Shown here: positions 62,544 to 64,000 of the stretch, one piece after another | How the letters are laid out: each line of letters opens with the position of its first letter | How positions within the stretch are numbered: position 1 is the first letter of the stretch | NCBI RefSeq assembly: GCF_006345805.1 | Contig: NC_043006.1 | Coordinates: 15,810,001 to 15,874,000, forward strand | DNA from: Octopus sinensis | Taxonomy: Eukaryota | Reading direction: 5' to 3' | DNA length: 64,000 nucleotides | Notes under the pieces: model-generated | Seen by the model: only the letters and a program-made list of their open reading frames with translations | Databases searched by the model: none | What the model was told of the DNA's origin: nothing | Translations under genes and position numbers: made by a program

Positions 62544-63680
62544 AACGGTCTGATGATTTATTTTAAAAACTTTGCTATTTCTCTGTTCAGCTTATTATTT
62601 GCCCTCTTTGAACTCACTAATTTCTGCGCTTTCTTTAACTTACATTATGAAATATCATTTGAAAATTCTATTAATCTGCTCAGGATAAGAGAAAATTCAA
62701 TATAGAATGCAGGAAACATTTTACTAATTATGAAATCTCAAAAATTTAGGGTGACTAAAATCATCTTAGGGCATTGTATGTATCTCAGCTACTGTGATTG
62801 TTGCACATTTCCATTTCACTTCTATGTTGTCCTCTGGATTTTGTCAGTGTATTTCCATCACTTCAGTGATATTCAGTATGACTGGTCGAAAGAGAGCAAT
62901 AATATTGTTGTGTGGACGCCCCCAGACGATGAAGTAGGCTAGCCCAATACGTAGATATAGAGGGAGAGGCCTAGACGTCAGAACACAGTAGAACAGAGGA
63001 GTAGAGGCATCCGAACGTGCGACATAACAAATATGATTCTTGAATTTTAAAAGTATCGAATATCGACACTATTCTGATTTTGGTCCCCATGGCTTATGAG
63101 AGGATTTCTGTTTATTTGATATTTATTTGTCCATTCCGATTTTCAGTAATAGATCCGTAGCTCACAGAACCGTGTATGTATGTATGTATGTATGTATGTA
63201 TGTATGTATGTATGTAGTATGTATGTATGTATGTATGTATGTATGTATGTATGTAGTATATATATATATATATATAGATGTATAGCACCCACAAACACAT
63301 ACTTACATTGAAAATGATTTTATCACTTACAAATATCAACTAAGTCCGGCAAAAGCCTCACATACATTATTTGATTCACGTAATGTTTATCAAATGTAGC
63401 CTTCGGCGACAAAGATACGTTGTGCTAGATTTTGGTCACAGAGAATGTGTCTCGACTCAATGTCTTTAATAACTTCGTTTTGTTTTAAATAATTTTAGGC
63501 TATTTTACCAAACCTGGAAAAGTTATTTCTTGCCAGAGAGGACAAAAGGTAATGACTTTATCTTGTAAAGTTTTAACGAAAAGATTCAAGCGAAACATGT
63601 GTAACCAAGAATCGAGTTCAATCTTGCCACTTCAGAATAGACAACACGTTCCACATTTATCGCGTAATAGTATTATTACT

Positions 63681-63930
63681 TGTGAAAGGTAAGAGAGTCC
63701 AGTTTGCTGGACATTGTTGTAGAGCTGAAAAAGAGGTAATTTCTACTCTTCTCCTCTGGAAGCCATCTACCCGCAATACCAGAGGGCGCACACTCTCCTA
63801 CCCTGATGTAATCTCCAGGGATACAGGCATCCAGCAACAGGACCTCCGTAATGCCATGATGGACCATGAAGTCTGGCGTAGCATGGGAAATTCCATTGTC
63901 TCGACCACGGTCGAACAATGATGATGATTA
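63681..63930 (+). mobile_element. 5'-truncated RTE-type LINE 3' end
   Basis: RVQFAGHCCRA..LLLWKP..GRTLSYPDVI..AMMDHEVWR. (TGA)n tail; TSD ATTATTACT. Confidence 0.85.
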
Positions 63931-64000
63931 TTACTGCAAACGGGACAAGATGCGTACCCGCTTTTCATCGGCCTGTTCGTTTTGAGTTCAAATTCTGTGG

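Overview
AT-rich eukaryotic genomic DNA with very dense microsatellites ((TA)n, (CA)n, (TATG)n, (GATA)n, (AAT)n). The SINE families, TTAGGG units and microsatellite spectrum suggest an octopus or other coleoid cephalopod (inference, no search run). No intact host protein-coding gene is evident; nearly all listed ORFs are microsatellite or SINE artefacts. The window is a mosaic of mobile DNA: four tRNA-derived SINE families with interchangeable tails, decayed mariner, RTE, R4/Dong-type and CR1-like elements, a non-autonomous Helitron, two copies of a telomere-repeat-bearing MITE, tandem ORF1(gag)-only retroelements and several Penelope-like elements (PLEs). The most notable signal is a set of type I hammerhead ribozyme (HHR) motifs. 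These include a tRNA-headed SINE-like element carrying an HHR, inserted as a head-to-head palindrome (14315-14890) with the same 3'-ends-out geometry as a 3 kb inverted-repeat PLE (24322-27330). A few short + strand exon candidates hint that the window lies inside a large host gene, but this is weak. Coordinates were read by eye and may be off by a few bases.
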